Positions 40,816 to 50,533 of a stretch of 64,000 nucleotides of DNA are shown here, one piece after another. The position numbers and the translations under genes are program-made. The DNA is from an uncultured Nitrospiraceae bacterium. Lineage in GTDB: Bacteria > Nitrospirota > Nitrospiria > Nitrospirales > Nitrospiraceae. The stretch covers positions 51,663 to 115,662 of the forward strand of contig CAVPLT010000005.1 in NCBI GenBank assembly GCA_963706325.1, in the 5' to 3' direction. The notes beneath the pieces were generated by a model, which was given only the letters and a program-made list of their open reading frames with translations, was not told the origin of the DNA and did not search any database. Position 1 is the first letter of the stretch. Each line of letters begins with the position of its first letter.

Positions 40816-41466
40816 ATGGCTGATCGAGCCGTTGGGATACCAATTGTAAAGGAAGGGGTGCCGTTCGTCGGCGCTCTCGGTGGCGTGGCGCTGCTCTTTA
40901 GTCTCGCCGGGTGGATCATCCCAGCTGGAGTGGCGGGAGGCTTCACGCTCTTTACCGCCTGGTTCTTCAGGAATCCCAATCGGACGATTCCGCGAGAGCC
41001 GAACGCGGTGGTGTCTCCGGGCGACGGTAAAGTGATCGCCATTGAAGAAGAGTTTGAACCGCGTTACTTGAAAGAAAAAAGTATTAGGTTGACCGTATTT
41101 TTGAATGTCTTCGACGTGCACGTAAATCGAATGCCCTGCGCGGGGACTGTGGAGGGCGTCAGTTATCAGCCCGGTCAGTTTCTCGTGGCCAGCAAGCCTG
41201 AGGCGACGCTGCGCAACGAACAAAACGCCGTCATGTTAAAGGCTGAGTCAGGGGCAAAAGTGCTCTGCGTGCAAGTTGCCGGGCTGATCGCTCGTCGGAT
41301 CGTCTGCTGGGTCGGAAAAGGAGAGCGCGTGCAGCGGGGAGAGCGGTTCGGATTGATCCGGTTTGGTTCGCGGATGGATACCTTTCTTCCGCTTGGGTCC
41401 AAGATTCGTGTTGCGGTGGGCGATCGTGTCAAAGGGGGAGAAACCATCGTGGGGGAACTCCGATGA
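40816..41466 (+). CDS. psd: phosphatidylserine decarboxylase proenzyme (short type)
   Basis: 216 aa. FGSRMD is the self-cleavage-site-like motif, and the N-terminus is hydrophobic. Confidence 0.8.
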   Translation: MADRAVGIPIVKEGVPFVGALGGVALLFSLAGWIIPAGVAGGFTLFTAWFFRNPNRTIPREPNAVVSPGDGKVIAIEEEFEPRYLKEKSIRLTVFLNVFDVHVNRMPCAGTVEGVSYQPGQFLVASKPEATLRNEQNAVMLKAESGAKVLCVQVAGLIARRIVCWVGKGERVQRGERFGLIRFGSRMDTFLPLGSKIRVAVGDRVKGGETIVGELR

Positions 41467-42263
41467 AATCACCAGCTATGCGAACTTCGTTTCCCAAAGG
41501 TCATCGAAAACGACAGGCGATGTACCTGATCCCCAACCTCTGCACGACCGGAAATTTGTTTTGCGGCGTGTTTGCGATTTTGTCGGTGTTCAATGGCCAG
41601 CATTTGGCGGCAGCCATCGCAATCCTGGTCGGAATGATTTTCGACATGTTAGATGGGAAGTTGGCCCGACTCACGAACAGTACCGGCCAGTTCGGTATCG
41701 AATACGATTCCCTATCTGATGTGGTGTCGTTTGGTGTCGCGCCGGGTGTGCTTATCTATTCATATGCCTTGAGCGGGCAAGGCATGTTTGGCGTGGCAGT
41801 CATGTTTGCCTATGTTGCCATGGGAGCGGTACGGCTGGCCCGATTCAATGCCACGGTGAGCACCTCTGACAGCAAATATTTCACCGGGTTGGCCATTCCT
41901 GCGGCGGCGGGTGTCATTGCGTCGTTGGTGATCTTCGATCTTCACATCACGCAGATGGGGGCAGAGGTGAAGCCGCTATTAATTTTGGTGATCACCTTCG
42001 CGCTCGCATTCTTGATGGTGAGCACGATCAAGTACCGCAGTTTTAAGGACATGAAGTTCAGGCGAGGCGATCATTTTACTTATCTGGTGTGGGGTATTCT
42101 CGCCCTGATGTTGATTGTCGCCTGGCCGCAGGCGATGCTATTTGTCACTTTTGCGGGGTATGCTCTTTCCGGCCCGGTCGCGCGTCTCTGGACGCTGATG
42201 ACGAAGAGCACCGGCAAGCGCATTGCGAAGAACGATTCACCGGTAATGGATGCCAAAGAGTAG
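41463..42263 (+). CDS. pssA: CDP-diacylglycerol--serine O-phosphatidyltransferase
   Basis: It carries the CDP-alcohol phosphatidyltransferase motif DMLDGKLARLTNSTGQFGIEYDSLSD and is a multi-TM protein. Confidence 0.85.
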   Translation: MKSPAMRTSFPKGHRKRQAMYLIPNLCTTGNLFCGVFAILSVFNGQHLAAAIAILVGMIFDMLDGKLARLTNSTGQFGIEYDSLSDVVSFGVAPGVLIYSYALSGQGMFGVAVMFAYVAMGAVRLARFNATVSTSDSKYFTGLAIPAAAGVIASLVIFDLHITQMGAEVKPLLILVITFALAFLMVSTIKYRSFKDMKFRRGDHFTYLVWGILALMLIVAWPQAMLFVTFAGYALSGPVARLWTLMTKSTGKRIAKNDSPVMDAKE

Positions 42264-42280
42264 GAATAGCTGTGAAGAGG

Positions 42281-42520
42281 AGTAGTAGGCAGGGCTGACT
42301 GAACTGAGAGAGCTGGTGGGTGGTGCAAACCAGCCGGTAAGCTGCCGAACTCACCTTGGAGCTGGACTTGTGAAGCCTTTGTAGTAGTGAGTCCCGCATT
42401 GTCCACGTCACGGACCGAATCAAGGGCAGTTGGATGGGGTGCGCCATCCATTGCTGAATCAGGGTGGTACCACGAAGCTCGCAAGGCCTTCGTCCCTGTC
42501 CAGGGGCGGAGGCTTTTTTA
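42281..42520 (+). promoter_or_regulatory. T-box riboswitch leader, Leu (CUC) specifier, with intrinsic terminator
   Basis: All expected elements are present. They are the S-turn AGTAGTA (42281-42287), the AG bulge AGAGAG, and the distal hairpin GCTGGT-GGGTGGTGCAA-ACCAGC (GGUGNRA loop). The specifier is GAA-CTC-A (codon at 42350-42352) and the T-box sequence is AATCAGGGTGGTACCACGAAG (42457-42477). The antiterminator pairing ACGAAG/CTTCGT plus GGG/CCC leaves a 7-nt UGGUACC bulge. The competing 13-bp terminator is GCCTTCGTCCCTG/CAGGGGCGGAGGC plus TTTTTTATT (42486-42522). Confidence 0.85.
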
Positions 42521-42679
42521 TTGGCAGGATGTTGAAACGGTTTCCAACTTTGTTCTCGGCTCGAAAACATCCTCAACGTACCCCAAGGGTACGCCTCCGG
42601 TGTTTTCTCGGCCTGCGGCCTCGTTGGAAAACCTGTTTGAGCATTCTGCAGACCACGAGTAAAGAAGGGGAGGTACGCC

Positions 42680-44227
42680 ATGACCAGGATGATCAGAATA
42701 TTTGATACGACGTTGCGGGACGGCGAGCAATCGCCAGGGGCAAGTATGAACGTCGAAGAGAAGCTCATGATCGCCAAGCAACTGGCGCGCCTCGGTGTGG
42801 ATATCATTGAAGCTGGTTTCGCCTATAGCTCGCCTGGGGATTTCGAAGCGGTGCGCCGAATTGCGCTGGAGGTTGAGGGGCCGGTGGTCTGCAGCCTCGC
42901 GCGAGCCAGACCGGAAGACATCACCAGGGCCTCTGAGGCCCTGAAGGGCGCGCCAAAGGTCCGCATCCATACGTTTCTCTCCACGTCCGACATTCACCTC
43001 AAACACCAGTTTCGCATGACGCGGGAAGCAGCGAAGCGGCGTGCTGTGGAAATGGTGCAACTGGCTCGTACCTATGTGGATGATGTCGAATTTTCTCCAA
43101 TGGATGCCAGTCGGTCCGATCCCGACTATCTGTGCGAAGTGGTGGAAGCCGTCATTGCGGCGGGGGCGGGAACGGTCAATATTCCTGACACGGTGGGCTA
43201 TGCCAATCCTCAGGAGTTCGGCGGGTTGATCAAACGAATCAAAGACACCGTGCCGAATAGCGGACAGGCCGTGATCTCTGTCCATTGCCATAACGATCTG
43301 GGGTTGGCCGTCGCCAATAGTCTCGCTGCGGTGATGGCTGGGGCCGGTCAGGTAGAGTGCACGATCAACGGGATCGGTGAGCGGGCCGGAAACACCTCGC
43401 TCGAAGAGATTGTGATGGGTCTTCGGACACGAAAGGATTGGTATGGGGCCGATACGAAGGTCGTGACAGAAGAGATTTCCAAAACTAGCCGCCTCGTGAG
43501 CAAGATCACGGGCATGGTGATTCAGCCCAATAAGGCTATTGTCGGCGCGAATGCGTTTGCGCACACGTCGGGTATTCACCAAGACGGTTTGCTCAAAGAT
43601 AAGACGACCTACGAAATCATGCGGCCTGAATCCATCGGTCTTGAGCAGAACAAGCTGGTGATGGGCAAGTTATCCGGGCGCCATGCGTTTCGCCAGCGGC
43701 TGGAGGACCTGGGCTACAAACTGACTGAAGAAGAGGTCAACCACGCCTTTGAACGATTCAAGCGTCTGGCAGACCAGAAGAAAGAAATTTACGAAGAAGA
43801 CCTCGAAGTGATCGTGTCTGAGGAAGTGGCGAAAATGTCAGAGCGGGTGATCCTGAAGTCGTTTCAGGTCGAAAGCGGAACTAACTTGGTGCCCAAAGCC
43901 ACGGTCGAGTTGGAGATCGACGGCAAGTCGGTGACTCAGAGTGGGACGGGCGACGGGCCGGTCGACGCGGTGTACCGCACGATCGCCTCCATGACCCAGA
44001 CGAAGAGTAAATTGCTTATGTTCGGGGTCAATGCCATCACCGGGGGAACCGATGCGCAAGGGGAAGTATCGGTGAGGCTGGAAGAAGATGGTCGCACTGT
44101 GTCCGGTCACGGGGCTGATACCGATATCATTACCGCGTCGGCGCGGGCCTATTTGAACGCGCTTAATAAGTTGGCATATTTCGCTCTGAAACAAGCGGAG
44201 GGAATTCAGAAGGTCAGCTTGATTTGA
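42680..44227 (+). CDS. leuA: 2-isopropylmalate synthase
   Basis: 515 aa with [30 protein letters not shown] and a C-terminal LeuA dimerisation/regulatory domain. Confidence 0.9.
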   Translation: MTRMIRIFDTTLRDGEQSPGASMNVEEKLMIAKQLARLGVDIIEAGFAYSSPGDFEAVRRIALEVEGPVVCSLARARPEDITRASEALKGAPKVRIHTFLSTSDIHLKHQFRMTREAAKRRAVEMVQLARTYVDDVEFSPMDASRSDPDYLCEVVEAVIAAGAGTVNIPDTVGYANPQEFGGLIKRIKDTVPNSGQAVISVHCHNDLGLAVANSLAAVMAGAGQVECTINGIGERAGNTSLEEIVMGLRTRKDWYGADTKVVTEEISKTSRLVSKITGMVIQPNKAIVGANAFAHTSGIHQDGLLKDKTTYEIMRPESIGLEQNKLVMGKLSGRHAFRQRLEDLGYKLTEEEVNHAFERFKRLADQKKEIYEEDLEVIVSEEVAKMSERVILKSFQVESGTNLVPKATVELEIDGKSVTQSGTGDGPVDAVYRTIASMTQTKSKLLMFGVNAITGGTDAQGEVSVRLEEDGRTVSGHGADTDIITASARAYLNALNKLAYFALKQAEGIQKVSLI

Positions 44228-44339
44228 TCCGCGGCTGCACGGTAGATTCCTCAGTCCTCGCTGGCATCTCCGCGCCGGCTTTGACTGAGCGCGCCGCCCA
44301 GTGTCCCCCGTCGCAAGTATTCATCCGGAAGGATGCACG

Positions 44340-44702
44340 ATGCTGAATACACATCTTCAACGCTGTCCGGAATTTCTAGCCGGAGACCATACGAGATTGC
44401 GGGAACTCTTGCACCCTGCAAAGGCCTCACTGGCATTAGGGTATAGCCTGGCGCACGGATCACTCGATCCGGGCAAGCAGTCTCTCTGGCATCGCTTAAA
44501 ATCCTCCGAGGTGTACTATTTTATCGCAGGCCGCGGCGTGATGAGCATCGAGGAAGAATCCACAAATGTCGAACCGGGCTCGGTGATCTATGTGCCGCCG
44601 GGTGCCAAGCAGTCATTATTGAATAGCGGAACGAATCAGATGGAGTTTCTCTGCCTGGTCGATCCAGCCTGGACCGCGGAGGATGAGGCAGTCGTTGAAT
44701 AG
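44340..44702 (+). CDS. cupin-domain protein
   Basis: About 120 aa: HRLKSSEVYYFIAGRGVM...GSVIYVPPGAKQSLLNSG is a cupin_2-like pattern. It sits between leuA and leuB. Confidence 0.6.
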   Translation: MLNTHLQRCPEFLAGDHTRLRELLHPAKASLALGYSLAHGSLDPGKQSLWHRLKSSEVYYFIAGRGVMSIEEESTNVEPGSVIYVPPGAKQSLLNSGTNQMEFLCLVDPAWTAEDEAVVE

Positions 44703-44720
44703 ACGAGAGGAGATGGATAG

Positions 44721-45797
44721 GTGAAAGCGAGAATCGCAGTCTTGGCCGGAGACGGAGTGGGCCGGGAAATTATTCCGGAAGCCGTTAAGGTCTTAAAGGT
44801 GGTCGCCGAGCGCTATGGCCATAGCTTCGAATTTTCAGCCGGCGCTGTCGGCGGCTACGCCATCGATAAAGTCGGGGTCCCATTGCCGCAGGAGACACTG
44901 TTGATTGCGAAACAAAGCGACGCCGTGTTGCTGGGAGCGGTTGGTGGTCCAAAATGGGAAGGTTTGGAATATAGCCTTCGTCCGGAGCGCGCTTTACTTG
45001 GCTTACGGGAACAACTTGGGCTCTATGCCAATTTGCGCCCCGCTAAGCTGTACCCCATGCTAGCCGATGCCTCCAGCTTGCGACCTGAGGTCATTGAGGG
45101 GATCGACATGCTCGTCATCCGTGAGCTGACCGGAGGGATCTATTTCGGCAAGCCGAAGGGAATTGAAAAAATGTCCGGCGGTGGGGAACGCGGTTTCAAT
45201 ACTGAGGTCTATACGACGGATGAAATTCGGCGCATTGCGGTAGTGGCCTTCGACGCGGCGCGCAAGCGCAGGAAGAAAGTCACTTCGGTCGACAAGGCCA
45301 ATGTACTGGAGTCGTCAGAGCTATGGCGGCGGGTGGTGACCGAGGTGCAGAAAGACTATATTGACGTGGCGTTGAGCCACATCTATGTCGACAATTGCGC
45401 AATGCAGCTAGTGCGTAATCCGCGACAATTCGATGTGTTACTGTGCAACAACATCTTCGGCGATATTCTCAGTGACGAAGCGGCAATGTTGACCGGGTCG
45501 ATCGGTATGTTGCCCTCCGCCAGTATCGGAGCCAAGGTCGGGCTTTTCGAGCCGATTCATGGCAGCGCGCCGGACATCGCCGGAAAAAACATCGCCAATC
45601 CGATTGCGACCATTGCCTCCGCGGCGATGATGCTCTCCTATGCGTTTCGTTTGGATAAGGAAGCCGAAGCGATAGAGCAGGCGATCGTCAAGACGCTTGA
45701 ACTGGGATTTCGCACCAAAGACATTCATGCCGAAGGTATGCGGCTGGTCGGCACAACCGAAATGGGCGATGCCATTGCGCGCAACCTCGCCTCGTGA
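44721..45797 (+). CDS. leuB: 3-isopropylmalate dehydrogenase
   Basis: 358 aa with [28 protein letters not shown] and [25 protein letters not shown]. Confidence 0.95.
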   Translation: MKARIAVLAGDGVGREIIPEAVKVLKVVAERYGHSFEFSAGAVGGYAIDKVGVPLPQETLLIAKQSDAVLLGAVGGPKWEGLEYSLRPERALLGLREQLGLYANLRPAKLYPMLADASSLRPEVIEGIDMLVIRELTGGIYFGKPKGIEKMSGGGERGFNTEVYTTDEIRRIAVVAFDAARKRRKKVTSVDKANVLESSELWRRVVTEVQKDYIDVALSHIYVDNCAMQLVRNPRQFDVLLCNNIFGDILSDEAAMLTGSIGMLPSASIGAKVGLFEPIHGSAPDIAGKNIANPIATIASAAMMLSYAFRLDKEAEAIEQAIVKTLELGFRTKDIHAEGMRLVGTTEMGDAIARNLAS

Positions 45798-45801
45798 ATC
45801 A

Positions 45802-47013
45802 ATGACACGCCCGATACCATCCGTAATCATCGAGACGGTGGCCGGAAACGGCGAGCCAGGCTACACCGGAGACGGAGGACCGGCTAAAGCGGCTTCGTTA
45901 AACGAGCCGAAAGGTCTCTGTGTGGACCAAGCCGGAAATCTCTACATCGCCGATTCTGAAAATCACGTCGTACGACGTGTCGATCTAAGGACGGGTGTGA
46001 TTACTACCGTTGCAGGCATCTGTCCCGCCGGTATGACTGGACCGGTTTCCTCGCCACCTGCTGCGGAAGTTCCGGTAGCCGAGGACGAAGATCCCTTTGC
46101 CGATATCTCGGGGGATGCGACAAAGGCCTATTCTCAAGTTACCGATCTCAGTGGAACGGTACGCTACGTCACCGGAGGCCGGCTCACCGTAGAGCACGAT
46201 TCCGGTGATGGCGGCCCTGCCCGTCGAGCTCGGCTGAACTTTCCCAGCGCCGTGGCCGTCGATCGATTCGGTAACTTGTACATTGCCGATACGATGAACC
46301 ATCGAGTGAGACGAGTCGATGCGACGACCGGCGTGATTACCACGATTGCGGGAACCGGGCAGGCGCGCTATTCCGGCGATGGCGGTCCCGCGGTTCTTGC
46401 GGCGCTCAACGAACCGACTGGTCTGGCCGTCAGGGACGAGGCTTTGTATATCGCCGACCAGAGCAACAATCGTATACGTCGCGTGCAACTCTCCACGAAC
46501 GTCATCACGACCATCGCAGGAGATGGAACAGCGGCCTATAGCGGAGATCAGGTTCCGGCCGATCAAACTAGTTTGTCGGGGCCAAGCGGCGTGGCGCTAG
46601 CAGGCAAAGAAACCCTATACGTGGCCGATACCTTTAATAGCCGAATTCGCTCCGTCGATGCGGCGTCGGGGCAGATTGCGACCGCGGTTGGCGACGGAGG
46701 AACGTATCGCTATCAAGGGCCAGATGAGCCCGATTCGCTGAGTCTCTCCAGGCCGACCGCAATCGCCGTCGATCACGACGAAAGATTGTACCTCACCGAT
46801 TCGGACAGTCACTTGATTCGTGTTTGGGATCCTCAGACGAAGACTATTAGGCGCTTGTCCGGCACCGGCATGCCGCAGTTCGGCGGGGACGGCGGCGATG
46901 CTTTGGCAGGAAGTCTTAATTACCCTTTCGGTGTGGCAGTCGGTGCGAACGGGATCGTCTACATCGCAGATACATTCAACCACCGCATCAGAGCTCTGAC
47001 CGCGATTGCGTAA
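45802..47013 (+). CDS. NHL-repeat (six/seven-bladed beta-propeller) protein with no obvious signal peptide
   Basis: Units of the form GDGGPA..A.LN.P.G[LV]AVD..GNLYIAD..NHR[IV]RRVD..TGVITT[IV]AG recur about 6-7 times. I chose the ATG at 45802; the longer ORF overlaps leuB. Confidence 0.8.
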   Translation: MTRPIPSVIIETVAGNGEPGYTGDGGPAKAASLNEPKGLCVDQAGNLYIADSENHVVRRVDLRTGVITTVAGICPAGMTGPVSSPPAAEVPVAEDEDPFADISGDATKAYSQVTDLSGTVRYVTGGRLTVEHDSGDGGPARRARLNFPSAVAVDRFGNLYIADTMNHRVRRVDATTGVITTIAGTGQARYSGDGGPAVLAALNEPTGLAVRDEALYIADQSNNRIRRVQLSTNVITTIAGDGTAAYSGDQVPADQTSLSGPSGVALAGKETLYVADTFNSRIRSVDAASGQIATAVGDGGTYRYQGPDEPDSLSLSRPTAIAVDHDERLYLTDSDSHLIRVWDPQTKTIRRLSGTGMPQFGGDGGDALAGSLNYPFGVAVGANGIVYIADTFNHRIRALTAIA

Positions 47014-47023
47014 GGACAGCATC

Positions 47024-48043
47024 ATGTTGAAGAAGAAAAAGGCTTACACGGTGGCTGTGTTGGGAGCTACCGGGGTTGTTGGGAAGGAAAGTCTTGAGAT
47101 TTTGGAAGAACGTAAGTTTCCTCTCGAGACGTTGCGCTTGTTTTCTTCGAAACGGTCGGCCGGCGAGGTTCTGTCGTGCCAGGGTAAAGAGTACAAGGTG
47201 GAAGAGTTGACGGAAGCGTCTTCTTTTGCCGGGGTGGACCTTGCCTTTGTGTCCGCGACGGATGCGATAAGCCGGGACTATGGCGCGCGGTTGGGTGCGG
47301 CAGGCGTCGTGGTCATCGATGATAGCGGAGTCTTTCGCATGGATCCCGATGTGCCGCTGGTGGTGCCAGAGGTCAATGCGGCTGCGCTGCGATCGATGAA
47401 GCGCGGCATTGTGGCCATTCCCAATTGCACGACGACCCCGCTCGTCATGGCGCTCAAGCCGCTTCGCGATGCTGCCGGCATCAAGCGGGTTGTGGTGACG
47501 ACGTTTCAGTCGGTGTCTGGAACGGGGTCAGCGGCGATGGATGAATTAGTCGATCAGACGAAAGCGTTGATCTCCTTCCAAGATGTGAAGGTAGAGGTCT
47601 ATCCCTATCAAATCGCATTTAATCTCTTGCCGGCTGTCGGCTCCTTCGGTGAAGGTGGCAATTGCTCAGAAGAGGTCAAGATCGTCCGAGAAACGAGAAA
47701 GATTCTTGAGATGCCCTCCCTGCGGGTTACGGCGACTACTGTGCGAGTCCCGGTATTGCGCTGCCACTCTGAGGCCGTCAATGTCGAACTCGAACGGCCG
47801 TTGAAGGCGAACGAGGCGCGAGCCGCACTTGCAGAGATGCCAGGAGTCATCGTCTACGACGACCCTTTGAAGAAGCTCTACCCCATGCCGTTCGACGTCT
47901 CGGGCAAAGATGAGGTGTATGTGGGGCGGGTCCGGGAGGATGAATCCATCACCAATGGATTGAACCTCTGGGTGGTCAGCGACAATCTTCGAAAAGGCGC
48001 TGCTCTTAATGCCGTTCAAATCGCTGAATGTTTGATACAATGA
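47024..48043 (+). CDS. asd: aspartate-semialdehyde dehydrogenase
   Basis: VAVLGATGVVG and the active-site IPNCTT, about 340 aa. Confidence 0.9.
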   Translation: MLKKKKAYTVAVLGATGVVGKESLEILEERKFPLETLRLFSSKRSAGEVLSCQGKEYKVEELTEASSFAGVDLAFVSATDAISRDYGARLGAAGVVVIDDSGVFRMDPDVPLVVPEVNAAALRSMKRGIVAIPNCTTTPLVMALKPLRDAAGIKRVVVTTFQSVSGTGSAAMDELVDQTKALISFQDVKVEVYPYQIAFNLLPAVGSFGEGGNCSEEVKIVRETRKILEMPSLRVTATTVRVPVLRCHSEAVNVELERPLKANEARAALAEMPGVIVYDDPLKKLYPMPFDVSGKDEVYVGRVREDESITNGLNLWVVSDNLRKGAALNAVQIAECLIQ

Positions 48044-48046
48044 ATA

Positions 48047-48301
48047 ATGGTACCCTGGAGCGGCGTGGGTCGCTGGTTGATCATCGTGGGGCTGGCCCTC
48101 GCCGCATTGGGAGGGCTGCTGGCGCTGGTAGAAAGATGGCCAGGAGTCGCCTCCACGTTCAGCTGGATCGGTAAGTTACCCGGCGATGATTCCATCACGC
48201 GCGAGCGGTTCAGTGTCCATGTCCCGATCGCGACCAGTCTCGTGCTCAGCATTCTGTTAAGCCTCCTTCTGTACGTCCTCTCATGGCTCTTTCGCCGGTG
48301 A
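48047..48301 (+). CDS. DUF2905-family small membrane protein
   Basis: 84 aa with two TM helices and the KLPGD motif. Confidence 0.6.
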   Translation: MVPWSGVGRWLIIVGLALAALGGLLALVERWPGVASTFSWIGKLPGDDSITRERFSVHVPIATSLVLSILLSLLLYVLSWLFRR

Positions 48302-49494
48302 ATCAATCCAGTCTCAAAAACCTGCCACTCATAGCGGGTAGCCTCTTCGTATTGCTTGTCTGTGCGCAGCCCGTCTTTGCTGATTCCATTCGGGTGTTAG
48401 TGGCCCAAGAGGTCACGATCCTGGAGGTAAGTTCTGATGGTGACCTGGCCCTCGTGACTGAGGCGGGCGAGACGAAAATGTTCCGATCTCCGGTCCACAT
48501 TTCAGCCCGAAGCGATGGATTTCACGTTGATAGTCGGCGAGTGGCCGGAGGGCAGGTCGTGATTCGGCCTTTCCGAAATACTCTTTCGCTGATGATGACG
48601 CAAGGCAGCGCGATCGCCCATGGCCCCGCGCTTTCCATTGGTGGAGTCGTCCGTGTGTTGCGCAAGGGGCGCACGCTGTCTGTCGTGAATCAGGTGGATT
48701 TAGAAGAGTATGTGAAGGGCGTGGTGCCTTCTGAGGTGAGCTCTGCCTGGCATCCGGAAATGTTGAAGGTGCAGGCGGTGGCGGCACGGACATATGCGCT
48801 GTATAACAAAATGCTGAGCGCCGCCCGGGAATACGATGTGATGTCCACCATTCAAGACCAGGTCTATCGTGGACGATCCGGTGTCGACCACCGTGTTGAA
48901 GAAGCCGTCGAATCGACGAGAGGCATTGTCGTCACCCATCTGCAGGCACCCATTTATGCGGCCTTTTCATCCACGGCAGCGGGCCCGACCGAAGACGCCG
49001 TCAATGTGTGGGCAAACAAAGACCTGCCCTATCTTAAAGGCGTAGAATGTCCGTTCGATATCGAATCACCATACTACCAATGGAAAGCCAGCGTGAAGAT
49101 CGACCAGCTGGAACAGAACTTACGGCGCCAGGGATTTTCCGTCGGAACGATCGCCACCATCACTCCGATTGTCTATAGTCGTGCCGGACGGGTGGCGCGA
49201 CTCCGGATTCTCCATTCGGTTGGCGAGACGGTGTTACGAGGGGAGGACCTTCGTAAGGCGGTGGGATATACCGTCATTCCGAGTACTCAATTTGAAGTCG
49301 AATCGATCGGAGCCGACGTAGTGTTTACTGGTTATGGCGCGGGCCATGCCGTGGGCCTTTGTCAATGGGGCGCAAAGGAATTGGCGGAACTCGGCTATTC
49401 ATATGACAGTATTCTCCAGTACTACTATCCAGGGACGGAGCTACACAACGCGGCCTTGTCGCAGTTAACCGCTCCGGCCATTCCAACCCCCTGA
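48283..49494 (+). CDS. SpoIID/LytB-domain protein (secreted)
   Basis: A signal peptide is followed by LEEYVKGVVPSEV...PEMLKVQAVAARTYAL...QVY.G..., which is typical of the SpoIID amidase-enhancer family. Confidence 0.8.
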   Translation: MALSPVNQSSLKNLPLIAGSLFVLLVCAQPVFADSIRVLVAQEVTILEVSSDGDLALVTEAGETKMFRSPVHISARSDGFHVDSRRVAGGQVVIRPFRNTLSLMMTQGSAIAHGPALSIGGVVRVLRKGRTLSVVNQVDLEEYVKGVVPSEVSSAWHPEMLKVQAVAARTYALYNKMLSAAREYDVMSTIQDQVYRGRSGVDHRVEEAVESTRGIVVTHLQAPIYAAFSSTAAGPTEDAVNVWANKDLPYLKGVECPFDIESPYYQWKASVKIDQLEQNLRRQGFSVGTIATITPIVYSRAGRVARLRILHSVGETVLRGEDLRKAVGYTVIPSTQFEVESIGADVVFTGYGAGHAVGLCQWGAKELAELGYSYDSILQYYYPGTELHNAALSQLTAPAIPTP

Positions 49495-50533
49495 TGTTGC
49501 TTAGCGAGTTTGATTTTCCTTTCGATCCGGCCTTGGTGGCTGACCATCCGGTCATTCCGCGTGATCGCGCGCGGATGCTGGTATTGGAACGCGTGAGTGG
49601 GGCGCGGAGGCACCATCATGTTGCCGATCTTCCGTTTCTCCTGCAACCCGGCGACCTTGTGGTGGTGAACAATACTAAGGTCATGCCGGCACGGGTCCCG
49701 GCTCATGTGCGCTCCACGGGCAAATTGATTGACCTGCTCTTTGTTCAGGATCTGGGGCAGGATGTATGGGAAGTGTTTATCAAGGGTCGATTCCGTCCTG
49801 GTTCCAGGATAGTCTTTCCCGACGGCGGCGAGGGGGAAATTCTGGAGCGGAGCCAGGCCCGAACTACGTTAAGATTTACCGGCCAGGCGAGCGCGTACGA
49901 TCTCATGCGGCAGCCGGCGCAATGCCGCTCCCTCCCTACATTAAACGTCTGCCCACGCAGGATGACCTGCTGTGGTACCAAACCATGTTTGCGCAGCGTG
50001 AAGGCGCCATCGCTGCACCTACTGCCGGCCTGCATTTTACGCGCGACCTAGTAGCGGCGTTAAAGAGAAAGGGCATTGAACTGGCGGAAATCACCCTGCA
50101 CGTTGGCCCCGGCACATTTCGAAGCGTGAAAAGCGAGCAAATTGAGGACCACCGGATGCTAGCGGAACGAGTCGAGGTGTCTGATGATACTGTGGAGCAG
50201 ATTCGCCGGGTCCGAGCGCGGGGGAATCGTGTGGTGGCAGTCGGAACGACCGTGGTGCGCGCGCTGGAAACCTGCGCACGGGGCGGGGCTGGCATCGTAC
50301 CATTTCAAGGGCCGGCCGAGCTATTCATTACACCGGGGTTTGAGTTTCAGGTAATTGACGCGCTGGTGACAAATTTTCACTTGCCGCGAACCACCTTGTT
50401 GATGCTGGTCTCAGCTCTGGTAGGAGTCTATCCGCTTCGCGAAGCCTACCAAGAGGCGGTGGCGAAACGCTATCGGTTCTATAGCTATGGCGATGCGATG
50501 CTGATTGGAACGGGGTGGGCAGACGCTACATAA
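49494..50533 (+). pseudogene. queA: S-adenosylmethionine:tRNA ribosyltransferase-isomerase with one frameshift
   Basis: The N-terminal part lies in ORF 49494-50051 (LSEFDFPFDPALVADHP...NNTKVMPAR...). The C-terminal part lies in ORF 49766-50533 (GAMPLPPYIKR...GAIAAPTAGLHFT...VAVGTTVVRALE...NFHLPRTTLLMLVSA). The frame switch is between ...SAYDLM and GAMPLPPY, at about 49900-49920. Confidence 0.8.

Noticed and set aside
42518-43582. 354-aa minus-strand ORF
   Set aside because: It is entirely antisense to the well-supported leuA gene. The product is Arg/Pro/Gly-rich with no recognisable motifs, which is a typical shadow ORF in GC-rich DNA.
45697-45801. N-terminal extension of the NHL-protein ORF
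   Set aside because: It overlaps the 3' end of leuB in another frame. The repeat protein starts naturally at the ATG at 45802, just after the leuB stop.
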